NCBI GenBank assembly: GCA_963666835.2 | Contig: CAXXGO010000006.1 | Span: 1,120,001-1,184,000 of the forward strand | Direction of reading: 5' to 3' | DNA: 64,000 nucleotides | Origin: Phycisphaerae bacterium | Lineage (GTDB): Bacteria > Planctomycetota > Phycisphaerae > UBA1845 | In this document: in pieces, positions 47,806 through 57,398 of the stretch | Numbering within the stretch: position 1 is the stretch's first letter | How the letters are laid out: every line of letters begins with the position of its first letter | Notes under the pieces: generated by a model | The model's input: the letters and a program-made list of their open reading frames with translations, nothing else | Database searches by the model: none | What the model was told of the DNA's origin: nothing | Position numbers and translations under genes: made by a program

Positions 47806-49977
47806 TCACGACGCGCTGACACACTCGCGTCCCTTGCTGTCAACTTCGGCGCGACACGCGCCGACAAACTTGTCCAAGACCATGTTGCCGATCGTGCGGC
47901 CATCCCGATCGTTCACGTTAACCGTTCTCTCGGCGGCTTCCTGCTCGCCGACTACGAGAATGTAGTTGATCTTCGCGGCCCGGAGCCGGTGTTTCTTCGG
48001 CCCGATCTTATCGCTGGTCAGATCCAGTTGGGTGCGCAGCCCGGCATCTCTTAGCGCCTGGCAAACGTCCTGGGCGTAGGCGGTGCTTTTCTCGCTTACG
48101 GTTGCGACGGCCACCTGCACCGGCGAGAGCCAGAGCGGAAACGCCCCGGCAAAGTGCTCGATGAGGATTCCCACGAACCGTTCCATACTGCCGAACGGGG
48201 TGCGGTGGACCATCACCGGGCGGTGGGGAGCGTTGTCCGGACCGACGTAGGTAAGGTCGAACCGCTCGGGCAGGTTGTAATCGACCTGCACGGTACCCAG
48301 TTGCCACTTCCGCCCGATGCAGTCTTTGACAACGAAGTCGATCTTGGGCCCGTAGAACGCAGCTTCGCCTAGGTCTTCGGTGTAATCGATTCCACTTTCG
48401 ATGGCCGCGGCCCGCACCGCTTGCTCGGCCTTCTCCCAGTTCTCCGCCGAGCCGACGTACTTGTCACTGTCCGGATCGCGCAGACTGACATGCACTTCGT
48501 AGTCGGTCAGTCCCAGCGTGTCGAGCACTCCGCGCGTGAGGTTTACTGTAGTTCGCACCTCGTCTGCCAATTGGTCCGGGGTGCAGAAAAGGTGGGCATC
48601 GTCCTGGGTGAACCCGCGGACCCGGGTCAGTCCGGCCAGCTCGCCGCTTTGCTCAAACCGGTACACGCCGCCGTACTCCGCCAGCCGGATGGGCAATTCC
48701 CGGTAGCTGCGCGGACGGGATGCGTAGATCTTGATGTGGTGTGGGCAGTTCATCGGCTTAAGCAGATACCCTTCTTCGGTTACCAGCGCCGCGTGCAGCT
48801 TCTCCACCACCTGTTCCAACGGCGCGCTCGCGTCGAGATCCTCGATCGGTCCGAAGGCCTTCTGAACGGCCGCCGCCAGATCTGACAACGCCGCGACACT
48901 CTCATCGCGTTCGCGCCCGTGCAGGGTGGCGGCGCGCTTGGCAAGCTGGATCATGCTCTGAATGGCTTTGCCGCGCGGCGATTCGAACATCGGCGGAAAC
49001 TGCGATTCTTCATAGTAGGGAAAGTGCCCGCTGGTACGGAACAAGTCCAGCCGGCCGATGTTCGGCGTGCAGACCATGTCGTAGCCCAGCTTGAGCATCT
49101 CGCCGGTAAGATGGTTCTGCAGCTCGGTGCGGATGACCATTCCCTTGCCGGTCCACAATGCCAGCCCGCCGCCGACCTGCTCGTTCATTACGTACAGGTC
49201 CAGCTCACGCCCGACTACGCGATGGTCACGCTTCTTTGCTTCCTCCAGCCGCTGCAGGTGCTCGGTGAGGGACTTCTTCTTAAAGAACGCGGTCCCGTAA
49301 ACTCGCTGCAGAGGTTGGTCGTTTACATCGCCGCGATAGTGCGAGCGGCTGACCTGCCGGATGTTAAAGGCCTTGATCAGGCCGGTGGCCGGAAGGTGCG
49401 GCCCGCGGCAAAGGTCTTCGAAGTTCTCCCCCGGTTTGTCGCCGGTGACGTAGAAGCTCAGGGTGTCACCCGTCGCTCGCTCGGCGTTCTCGATCTTGTA
49501 GCGGCTTCCTTCGGCGCGCAGGCGAACCATGGCCTCCTCGCGCGGAATATCCACACGGCGGAAGGCGCGGTTCTCTTTGACGATGCGGCCCATCTCCGCC
49601 TCGATGCGCGGGAAGTCTTCCGGGGTGATGGAACGGTCCAGGTCAATGTCGTAATAGAACCCGTCCTCAATGGCCGGGCCGTATACCAGCTTCGTGTCAG
49701 GGAAGAGGATGCACAACGCCTCTGCCATCACGTGGGCGGCGCTGTGCCGCAGCACGTCGAGGCTGTCCGGATCTTCGTCGCTGGCCGTGAGAATGGTGAG
49801 TCGACAATCGCCCGGCAACGCCGCGTTGAGATCGACAATCTCACTGTGGCCGTCGATGGTCCATCGACCAGCTATCGCCTTGCGGGCCAGACCCGTCCCG
49901 ATCGCACCGGCAACGTCGGCAGTTGTTGCCCCGTCGGCTACCTCCAACACGCTTCCGTCAGGCAATGTGGCTTTCAG
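47806..49977 (-). CDS. thrS: Threonine--tRNA ligase, probable CTG start
   Basis: TGS (L)KATLPDGS, RHSAAHVMA, DLCRGPH, KPMNCPHH, RVRGFTQDDAH, GSMERF. SD GAGGGAG 7 nt before CTG 49977. Confidence 0.95.
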   Translation of the reverse strand: MKATLPDGSVLEVADGATTADVAGAIGTGLARKAIAGRWTIDGHSEIVDLNAALPGDCRLTILTASDEDPDSLDVLRHSAAHVMAEALCILFPDTKLVYGPAIEDGFYYDIDLDRSITPEDFPRIEAEMGRIVKENRAFRRVDIPREEAMVRLRAEGSRYKIENAERATGDTLSFYVTGDKPGENFEDLCRGPHLPATGLIKAFNIRQVSRSHYRGDVNDQPLQRVYGTAFFKKKSLTEHLQRLEEAKKRDHRVVGRELDLYVMNEQVGGGLALWTGKGMVIRTELQNHLTGEMLKLGYDMVCTPNIGRLDLFRTSGHFPYYEESQFPPMFESPRGKAIQSMIQLAKRAATLHGRERDESVAALSDLAAAVQKAFGPIEDLDASAPLEQVVEKLHAALVTEEGYLLKPMNCPHHIKIYASRPRSYRELPIRLAEYGGVYRFEQSGELAGLTRVRGFTQDDAHLFCTPDQLADEVRTTVNLTRGVLDTLGLTDYEVHVSLRDPDSDKYVGSAENWEKAEQAVRAAAIESGIDYTEDLGEAAFYGPKIDFVVKDCIGRKWQLGTVQVDYNLPERFDLTYVGPDNAPHRPVMVHRTPFGSMERFVGILIEHFAGAFPLWLSPVQVAVATVSEKSTAYAQDVCQALRDAGLRTQLDLTSDKIGPKKHRLRAAKINYILVVGEQEAAERTVNVNDRDGRTIGNMVLDKFVGACRAEVDSKGRECVSAS

Positions 49978-50229
49978 ACGCGATCTCCCTCTCTCAGAAC
50001 TCTACCCGCCCGCCAACAGGCGGACCGGGTACGACAAAGGGCGAATCCCGACCTGGTGACGCATGGTCTCGTGTCAGACACGATGATAACGGTCTGGCAA
50101 GAGCCGACGGTATCATGCCTTGCGCGTCATCAGAACTGGGTCCGCCCAAAATCCTAACAGAACTGCCGCCGTAGATCCCGAGAAAAACCCGCGCGATCCA
50201 CACCCTCAGTTCAATTGATCGTCAAAACA

Positions 50230-50257
50230 ACTCTACCACATTGACAGCCCGGGTCAA
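50230..50257 (-). promoter_or_regulatory. Putative thrS promoter
   Basis: Minus strand TTGACC-16-TAGAGT. Confidence 0.4.
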
Positions 50258-50470
50258 GTATCCACAGGGCCGAATCGAGGATCTCCGGCCGCTTCGGCGC
50301 CGCCCATCCGAGCTTGCTGCGAAGCTTGAACATGGCCGGCAATCGAAGCCGGGCACGGTTGTGAGTGAGTTGATGTAAAGTCATGTGGCGTCGCCGTTTG
50401 CGAGCATCACCACTATTCCGTAACGGGGAGGGGTCCAGGGGGGCTCGGGTGCCTTCCCGTTTGAGAGCGA

Positions 50471-51067
50471 TTATTCGCCGGGACGCCGCTCCTCATGCGG
50501 TGGGTGCCAGCAGGCCGCACACCGGGGTTCGTAGGCCTCCGCCCCGCCCACCATTCGGCCGTTGATGATCGGCGTTGTCCGCTGGGTGTGGTCGGCCGGG
50601 GCTTTGCAGCGGGCACACAAGGCGTGCTTGACGACCGTCTCATCAGCGACGAATCGAAGCTGCTGGATTACAGCGAATGGCGATCCCCAACTGTCACGAT
50701 CCAGCGCGGTGATCAAGACGGTCAGGCCCTGCTTCGCCAAGTCCTGCGCCACCTCGATCAGGGTGTGGTTGAAGAAGTGGCCCTCATCGACCGCCACGGT
50801 CCTTATGCTCGCGTCGATCAACGTGTAGATCTCGGACGCGGAGCCGATTCTCGTGGCGGGGACGGATCCGCCCGGGTGAGATACCACGGCCTCACGCTCG
50901 TACCGATCATCGATGATGTTCTTGAAGACCGCGAAGGAATGGTTCGGGCAACCGGCGAGGCGTTGCAGCAGTTCCGTAGTCTTCCCGGAAAACATGCACC
51001 CGCAAATCAGCGTTATTCTGCCGCGCTGTTCTTCGCGCCGACGGTCCTTCTCGTCCGAGTCATCCAT
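50471..51067 (-). CDS. tdk: Thymidine kinase
   Basis: GCMFSGKTTEL, VAVDEGHF, CARC...YEPRCAAC. Confidence 0.92.
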   Translation of the reverse strand: MDDSDEKDRRREEQRGRITLICGCMFSGKTTELLQRLAGCPNHSFAVFKNIIDDRYEREAVVSHPGGSVPATRIGSASEIYTLIDASIRTVAVDEGHFFNHTLIEVAQDLAKQGLTVLITALDRDSWGSPFAVIQQLRFVADETVVKHALCARCKAPADHTQRTTPIINGRMVGGAEAYEPRCAACWHPPHEERRPGE

Positions 51068-51183
51068 GCGAGGATTGTGCCGACAATCCCGACCGGTGGG
51101 AAGCGGTCGCGGTTGGCCGATGCGGAAGCTCTCGGGGGTGTTCCGGCACGCTCCGGTTCAAGCCGATTCGAGCTTGGCGAAGT

Positions 51184-52152
51184 TCATGCGTGAGTAATCA
51201 CGCGTAGGTGGCGGTCGGCGATCGCGCCAGGGCTCGCGGCGCGGGAAAGCGACTTGGCCGGTTTCACTCGTCGAGCCTTCTGCGGTGGTTTCTGGCTCCC
51301 GGGAGGCTGGGTAGTCATGCGGGCCACATCGTACAGCAGTTCGGTCAGAGGATCGTTGGGACGAAGCCGCTGGGCCGTTCGGAGTGCCATCGCCGCCCGC
51401 TCTGTGTCGTTTGAGAAGAAGTAGTAGTACCCCAGCAACAGCCAGCCGTCGGCGTTTTCCGGTTGGGCCTCGGTATGGCTGCTGAGCTTCTCCAGGTGCT
51501 TGGCGAAGTCGCCCGGCTGACCGTAGGCCTTGCGAATATCGATGGGCAGGTAGGCCATGCGGGGCTCGAGTTCGAAAGCTCGATGAAGGAGCCGTACGGC
51601 CGTCTCGTAGCGTCCCAAGGCAGTCTGCGAATGAGCGGCGCAAACTCGGGCGGCCGGGTCTCCCTGGTTCAGCGTTGCAGCGAGGAGGAAGTTCCTGGCG
51701 GCCGGTCCGTATTGGCCGGCGGAGAAGGCGGCGTGTCCGTCCCACATGGCGCGGCGATATCCGGAGAGTCCTTTTTCCGCCTGGATCTCAACTCGTTCGA
51801 GATCTCGCCCATCGCGGACGCCGTCCCAATAGGCGTCCTCGAGTTCGTCCAGTTGCTCGATGGAATAGAGATTCCGGGATTCGGCCCGCGCGCGGGCATT
51901 CCGTTCGCGCTGCCGGCGTCGCATGTCGTAGGATTTCCGCCGCTCTTCGGCGCGGGTGCGAGCGGTTTGTTCCGCGGTCTGTTCGCCGTGCGGGGCATCC
52001 TCCGCTTCTTCCTGATCGGCGGGTTGCGCGGATGGTTGCTGCTTTTTTGGGGGTGGATCGTCGGCGCTGCCCCTGGCGACTTGTCCGACCGCGATTACAG
52101 GCACGATTGCCAGGAGCACTCTGCTTATTCGACCGGTTCTGCACGATACCAT
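51184..52152 (-). CDS. Secreted TPR-repeat protein
   Basis: Signal-like N-terminus; TPR-like AFSAGQYGPAA, ALGRYETAV, PENADGWLLLGYYYF. Confidence 0.75.
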   Translation of the reverse strand: MVSCRTGRISRVLLAIVPVIAVGQVARGSADDPPPKKQQPSAQPADQEEAEDAPHGEQTAEQTARTRAEERRKSYDMRRRQRERNARARAESRNLYSIEQLDELEDAYWDGVRDGRDLERVEIQAEKGLSGYRRAMWDGHAAFSAGQYGPAARNFLLAATLNQGDPAARVCAAHSQTALGRYETAVRLLHRAFELEPRMAYLPIDIRKAYGQPGDFAKHLEKLSSHTEAQPENADGWLLLGYYYFFSNDTERAAMALRTAQRLRPNDPLTELLYDVARMTTQPPGSQKPPQKARRVKPAKSLSRAASPGAIADRHLRVITHA

Positions 52153-53359
52153 GGGCCACCTTCCTCCAGTTGATCTTGAGGTTAACGCTATTCCATCAGC
52201 CTATTGTACCGCAAGATGAGCCCGAGGTTACCCGTGTACTTCCCGCGATTCTGTCCGAATGGTGCATACGAGGCCTTACGGGCCCGCACCACCTCGACGC
52301 CGACGACGGGCTTTGCCGGGAATCCACGACATCTGGCGCGCTTCCCGGATCAGCCATACTACATCTGACGGCGTTTCCCGGCTTCTCCACCTTGGCATGC
52401 GCGGTCGCTCTATTGCGGTAATCCGGACGTCGTGCCTTATCCACCTATTGTGCCTCAGCATGGCAACCATCGAGCCGCCCGCCGGTCGGGACTGACGTCC
52501 TCCGTCGCGTTGGTCTTGTCTCACCGTTGGCGCGCGAGAATAAGGGCGAGGTTCTTGCCGGTTACTCGCAGAAACCCCTATTGAAACCGGAGTCGGGAAT
52601 AGTGTACTTTACTGGCGATCAGGTCTCGAGGGCGTGGAAGGTGTCCTTTCGTATAGTCTCTTTGTGGTTGGCGACAGAAGATTTGGTCGGGTGAATCGCC
52701 CCTACAAGGATGGTGCGGGGTAGAAGACGTATTGCGGTCCACGTATGGCGGGCCGATCGTACGGTATTCTCCTATCGCCGGCTCGGGCTGTGATGCGGTT
52801 CTATTGGAAGGTCCGCGCCTTAAGGGGGACGTGAGCGAAAAACGTGCGGCAACTCGGGCTCAGGCAGTCGTGCGGGTCGGTATTCTGGCCTTCAAGAATG
52901 CTCTCCGGTTGCCTCCTCTGTGCCATTATGACACCTGGTCAACGCGCCGTTCTTGATAGGTGTGCCTGAGGGTGTGAAGGCATGCACGGTTGAGGTGCGC
53001 TCTCGGAGTGTGCAGGCGCCTGGAGACCGGGCAGATTGCGGTTAGGGGTATATAGGAATGCGCAGTGCCATGAGGTTGTTCAGCAACTATCGCGAAATGA
53101 GGGGCTATCCCCTATTGCGGGTCGCTCGAAAAGTCTATATCCTTGCAACTTCACATATTAGCTACTGGGTGGCGGCTGTTGGCCGCCGCGCGGCACTGCT
53201 CTCGCTCGGCATATGATTTTACAGTGGGTGGCGATGCAATCTACCTAGAAGGCAAGGGTAGGTATCAATACGGTTGTTTTGGGGATTCCGCTCGTGTGTC
53301 GTACAAGCGCACGGGCGGAAGCGGTTGGCGTATCGTGTCCAGAAGGTGAGGAGATTAGT

Positions 53360-56308
53360 GTGAAGAACAGACCGAAGATAATGCGGATGTTTGTGGTTGG
53401 ATGCGCGGTCATTGCGACCGGCTCGTCTGCCATTGGGCAGGGTTTTGTGCCCTTGGAGTGGCAGCGGAGGGTTAAGTCCGGGCCGCTGGCCGAGCAGCGA
53501 AAGCACGTAGACTGGGCTCGGGACCTGAATAACAATTTTGTGGACGATGAGATCGAGATGATGTCGCGTGATGGCACGGTCAACATCTTCGTGCAACTCA
53601 ACGAGTGCCAACAACGGGAGGATGTTTACAAATTATTGCGTGATTTAGGCGTGTTGACCACGGGCCGGATTCGGTATGCCAGTCGGGTATTGGCGTATGT
53701 GATCGTGGAAGACGCGCCGGTTAGTCGAATGCTCGGGCTGGCATCGGACCCCGCGGTAGCGGCAGTGGAGATGGTGCGGACGCCGGATTTGACTCTCGAC
53801 ACCACCACGCGGTCGATCCGCGTGCGCGACAGCGTGACTTACGACTACGAGAACATCGAGGATGTGTACAAGCTGGATGGAAGCGGAGTCAACATCGCCA
53901 TTATCGACTCCGGCGTGGATGACGATGGGGCCGGTTCGAGTGGCACTACCCACACTGGTTTCTCCGGGCGGTTCGTCGCGGGCTTCGACGCCACTGAATG
54001 GAACGATGCCGATATGAACGGCATCGATGATGATTGCGAGGGGGGTGGAGGGGTTTGTGAGCCGGCCGACGGTTCGACCAACCCCGACGATACTAACGGG
54101 CATGGGACGCATGTGGCGGGGATTGCCCTTGGCAACGGCGTATCGACTACCGGATGCCGGAGTGCCGATGACGGCTCTGTTCCGAACGACGCGACGGGTG
54201 TCGCTCCCGGGGCGGGTTTAGTCGATGTGAGATGGTACCCCGGCGACTATGGCGATGTCGCGATCGGTTTGGAGTGGTTGGCCGGCTCGATCGGCACGGC
54301 CCCCGCGGGCGGCTGGGCTCAGGTAGTGAATATGAGTCTTGGGGACAACTCGGTGGCGGACGGGGGCGACACCATCACCCGTCTTCTCAACGCTGTCATT
54401 GCTGACGGTCTGTCGATCGCGGTCGCCATGGGTAACGGCGGCGGGAATTGTGTAGGGTCGGTTGCGGTATCTGCTCTGTCCGTGGGAGTGGCATCTGCCG
54501 ACGACATGGTTACCGTGGATCGCGATAACGACGAGATCTCCGAGTTCTCGACGTTTGGTCCGGCAAGTGGGTTTGTTTGCGGTGCAGCGTCGCCGGACAT
54601 TGCGAAACTCAAGCCCGACCTGGCCGCACCCGGAAACGGAGAAAACAGCACCAGCCCTCACGCATGCACGAACGTCGGAGGCGGCACCGGGATTTGCTCT
54701 GTCGCCAAGGATTCCACTACGGGCTACACGAACAAGCATGGAACGTCGATGGCGTCGCCGCATGTGGCGGGAGCTATGGCTCTGCTTCTTGAAGAGAGAC
54801 CCGATCTGCCGCCCGGGGCTCTGAAGGACCTGCTGAAGGTAAGCAGCTATGAGACTCCGGACATGGTTGCCCAAGGCGCTTTCTGTGCCGCTACGGATGC
54901 GCGGTACAATCAGAACTGGGGGTATGGACTGCTGGATGTCTATAACGCGGTAGAACTCATGCAGGAGGGTGTGGCGGATCTCGCCTTCACGGCTTGTGTC
55001 GGAGCCAACCCGAACTACCCCGACAATAGGCGCTGCCAAATCAGCGGGGGACGGCATAGTTACGCCAACGATACTGACATTGTCCTGGGAGATCCTAACC
55101 CGGTCGCCGGCGAGGCCAACACGATAACGGTTCTGGTCGAGAACCGCAGCGCGCAAACGGCTTCGGGGGTCGTTGTAAGTTGCGGCGTCTACAACTACTC
55201 GGCCGGAATGGGCCCGGCCGATTCGTACGATGTGGGGTCGAAGGTCATCGGGTCGCTGGGGGGCATGGCGTCGACCTCGGTTACTTTCGATTGGACTCCG
55301 GAATTGGGGAGTCACCAGTGTGCTATTGCGACGATAGACTATGGACTGGACACTGATTTCACGAACAACTATACGCAGCGGAACATCACCAACATCGCCG
55401 CTTCTTCGCCGGCGCGACAGGAGTTCAGGATCCAGAACCCGACGGGCGAACGGGCAACGATGTTCGTGAATGTGGAACGCGTGGGGCAGCACCGTTGGAA
55501 CTATGATCTGAATGTTGACAAGCAGTTTGTGATGGAAGCAACCTGCTGCCCGATCATCGCGGAACTTACGGTGGTTCCGCCCGCGGGGGCTCCGATCGGG
55601 GCGATCGCACAATTCGATGTCACGCTCGAGGCGACTACAGAGAGCAATCCTGAACGGGTCGAGCTGGGTGGGGTGGCGATGCTGGTCGAAGTCGTGGCTC
55701 CGGGACTGGAACGGGCATATACGATCGCATCGCACCAGCATGAAGGGGAGATTCCGATTCGACTGAACCTGTCCGGCCGGCCCACCACGGATCCGCGCCG
55801 AGAGATCAAGGAGGTGCGGGCGGTCTTCAAGACGCCGGTGAAGGCGGCCGACGGGTCGCTTGATCCGCACGATGTGGCGATTTCCGCAGTTGCCGGAAAC
55901 GTGCCGCATTACACCGTAGGGTTCGAGGGCAGCGGACAAGAAGGTACGGAGCTGCGAATCTGGTTCGACGAGCCGCTTCGTGACCAGGAACGATACAAGT
56001 TCGTGTTCGGCGGTCTTGTGGATACCGATGGAGACCCGTTAACCGGAGATGACGACTTCGAGGTCGTTATTCTGCAGGGCGACGCCAACGGCAGTGGGAT
56101 CGTCACCGGCACGGACATTTCCTTTGTCAGGGGGCGAATGAACGAGAAGGTGATCTTCGGCGATACCGCTCGAACGGACTGCAATCTGACCGGCACGGTT
56201 ACAGGGACCGACATCAGTTACGTTCGCGCCAGGATCGGTAATGGAGGGCCATCCATCGCACAAAGCGAGTCTCGGGCTTATCCCCGCGCGACGAAGATGG
56301 CGGATTAG
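53360..56308 (+). CDS. Secreted S8 (subtilisin-like) serine peptidase with Ig-like domains and C-terminal dockerin-like domain
   Basis: SD GAGGAG before GTG; catalytic triad IAIIDSG / HGTHVAG / GTSMASPHVAG; C-terminal GDANGSGIVTGTDISFVR...DCNLTGTVTGTDISYVR. Confidence 0.92.
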   Translation: MKNRPKIMRMFVVGCAVIATGSSAIGQGFVPLEWQRRVKSGPLAEQRKHVDWARDLNNNFVDDEIEMMSRDGTVNIFVQLNECQQREDVYKLLRDLGVLTTGRIRYASRVLAYVIVEDAPVSRMLGLASDPAVAAVEMVRTPDLTLDTTTRSIRVRDSVTYDYENIEDVYKLDGSGVNIAIIDSGVDDDGAGSSGTTHTGFSGRFVAGFDATEWNDADMNGIDDDCEGGGGVCEPADGSTNPDDTNGHGTHVAGIALGNGVSTTGCRSADDGSVPNDATGVAPGAGLVDVRWYPGDYGDVAIGLEWLAGSIGTAPAGGWAQVVNMSLGDNSVADGGDTITRLLNAVIADGLSIAVAMGNGGGNCVGSVAVSALSVGVASADDMVTVDRDNDEISEFSTFGPASGFVCGAASPDIAKLKPDLAAPGNGENSTSPHACTNVGGGTGICSVAKDSTTGYTNKHGTSMASPHVAGAMALLLEERPDLPPGALKDLLKVSSYETPDMVAQGAFCAATDARYNQNWGYGLLDVYNAVELMQEGVADLAFTACVGANPNYPDNRRCQISGGRHSYANDTDIVLGDPNPVAGEANTITVLVENRSAQTASGVVVSCGVYNYSAGMGPADSYDVGSKVIGSLGGMASTSVTFDWTPELGSHQCAIATIDYGLDTDFTNNYTQRNITNIAASSPARQEFRIQNPTGERATMFVNVERVGQHRWNYDLNVDKQFVMEATCCPIIAELTVVPPAGAPIGAIAQFDVTLEATTESNPERVELGGVAMLVEVVAPGLERAYTIASHQHEGEIPIRLNLSGRPTTDPRREIKEVRAVFKTPVKAADGSLDPHDVAISAVAGNVPHYTVGFEGSGQEGTELRIWFDEPLRDQERYKFVFGGLVDTDGDPLTGDDDFEVVILQGDANGSGIVTGTDISFVRGRMNEKVIFGDTARTDCNLTGTVTGTDISYVRARIGNGGPSIAQSESRAYPRATKMAD

Positions 56309-56334
56309 ACGGAGAGTCTTAGAAGTGTGTGATG

Positions 56335-56373
56335 TGCCGACACCGGCGGTCTGACTGGCACGCCGGTGTCGGC
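56335..56373. other. Intergenic perfect 13-bp-stem hairpin without U-tract
   Basis: GCCGACACCGGCG...CGCCGGTGTCGGC between the protease and the PEP-CTERM gene. Confidence 0.6.
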
Positions 56374-56409
56374 GCTGGCAGGGAACCCATTCAATAAAAG
56401 GATCAAATC

Positions 56410-57054
56410 ATGTCTTACAAGAGAATCGTGTGGGTCTTAGGGTTTATTCCAGCTCTTATCGGTGTACAGGCGGCAAACGGGTCGGCCGTGTTTCAGATCT
56501 TTGAGACCGGTACGACGAACACGGCCACGACAGTTGCGCCGGGCGGACTGGTGAGCCTCGATGTGGTGGCAGTCAAGGTCAACGCCGAGAGCGGAGTCGA
56601 GGGGGACCTGGACTCGTTCACCTATCGGTTGAACTTTCCCAACCAGGACTTCGTGCTTACCGGCAACACCTTCGGTGCTCCCTTTGACAATGCGCTGGCT
56701 CCTGCGGGTTTCAACGGGAGCGTTCCGTGGAGCGTGCCTACCGCGATAACGCATGCCGCGGACGCGGGGTCTCCCCTGGCGACGCCGCTGATTCCCGATC
56801 TGTATCGAACGACTGCTTCGACGGCGGGGGTCCCGGGGGTCGGGCCGAACCTGCTGCTGGAGACTTTGACTGTGACCGCTCCGATGACGGCGGGGGATTA
56901 TGCGATCAGTCTCGAGATGCTCGAAGCGGCCGACCGCATGGGTGCTTTCCACTCCGTGGATAATGGCGTGGCCTTTACGGTTACCGTTCCGGAACCAACG
57001 ACCCTGGCGCTGATCCTGGCAGGTTCTCTTGGGATCCTCCGGCGGCGTCGATAG
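56410..57054 (+). CDS. PEP-CTERM surface protein with a cohesin-like domain
   Basis: Signal peptide; C-terminal VPEPTTLALILAGSLGILRRRR; core TVAPGGLVSLDV...DSFTYRLNF...LETLTVTA...GDYAISL. Confidence 0.8.
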   Translation: MSYKRIVWVLGFIPALIGVQAANGSAVFQIFETGTTNTATTVAPGGLVSLDVVAVKVNAESGVEGDLDSFTYRLNFPNQDFVLTGNTFGAPFDNALAPAGFNGSVPWSVPTAITHAADAGSPLATPLIPDLYRTTASTAGVPGVGPNLLLETLTVTAPMTAGDYAISLEMLEAADRMGAFHSVDNGVAFTVTVPEPTTLALILAGSLGILRRRR

Positions 57055-57398
57055 CGGCTCATCGATCGGCGGCAAGTAGTCATGAACTGATCGGCGTCAT
57101 GTGGGCCGGCCCGCACGGGCTTATCCGTGCGTGCCGGCGCAGCGCCCGCGTCGACGCGACGAACTGGCTTTCTTGCAGGCGCGGTGGGGTTTGTCAGGGA
57201 GGGCGTTTGTGCGATCGGGGACCAGTGGTCTGCTTAGACGGCGCTTGCTTGCCGGTTTGTTCGGGCGCTTGTGCGAAGGCGGGCCGCCGGAGTTTCGGCG
57301 GCCCGCGAGTTTGCACGTGGCGGCGGGTTTTCAAACGGCCGATTGGCCGGCGACCGGGCCGGCGCGGGAATCGACCGCGCCGACCCTGTGCCGCACGG

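Noticed and set aside
50039..50147. 6S RNA or T-box
   Set aside because: No T-box consensus or terminator/antiterminator; too short and branched for a confident 6S call. Treated as thrS leader structure.
53058..53216. 52-aa ORF MRSAMRLFSNY... in the long intergenic region
   Set aside because: Weak SD context and no recognisable features; likely chance.
54218..55939. Long antisense ORFs (e.g. 573 aa here; also 39523-40872, 48919-50157, 22767-24029, 57810-59186)
   Set aside because: Shadow frames opposite well-supported genes in high-GC DNA, with no recognisable motifs.
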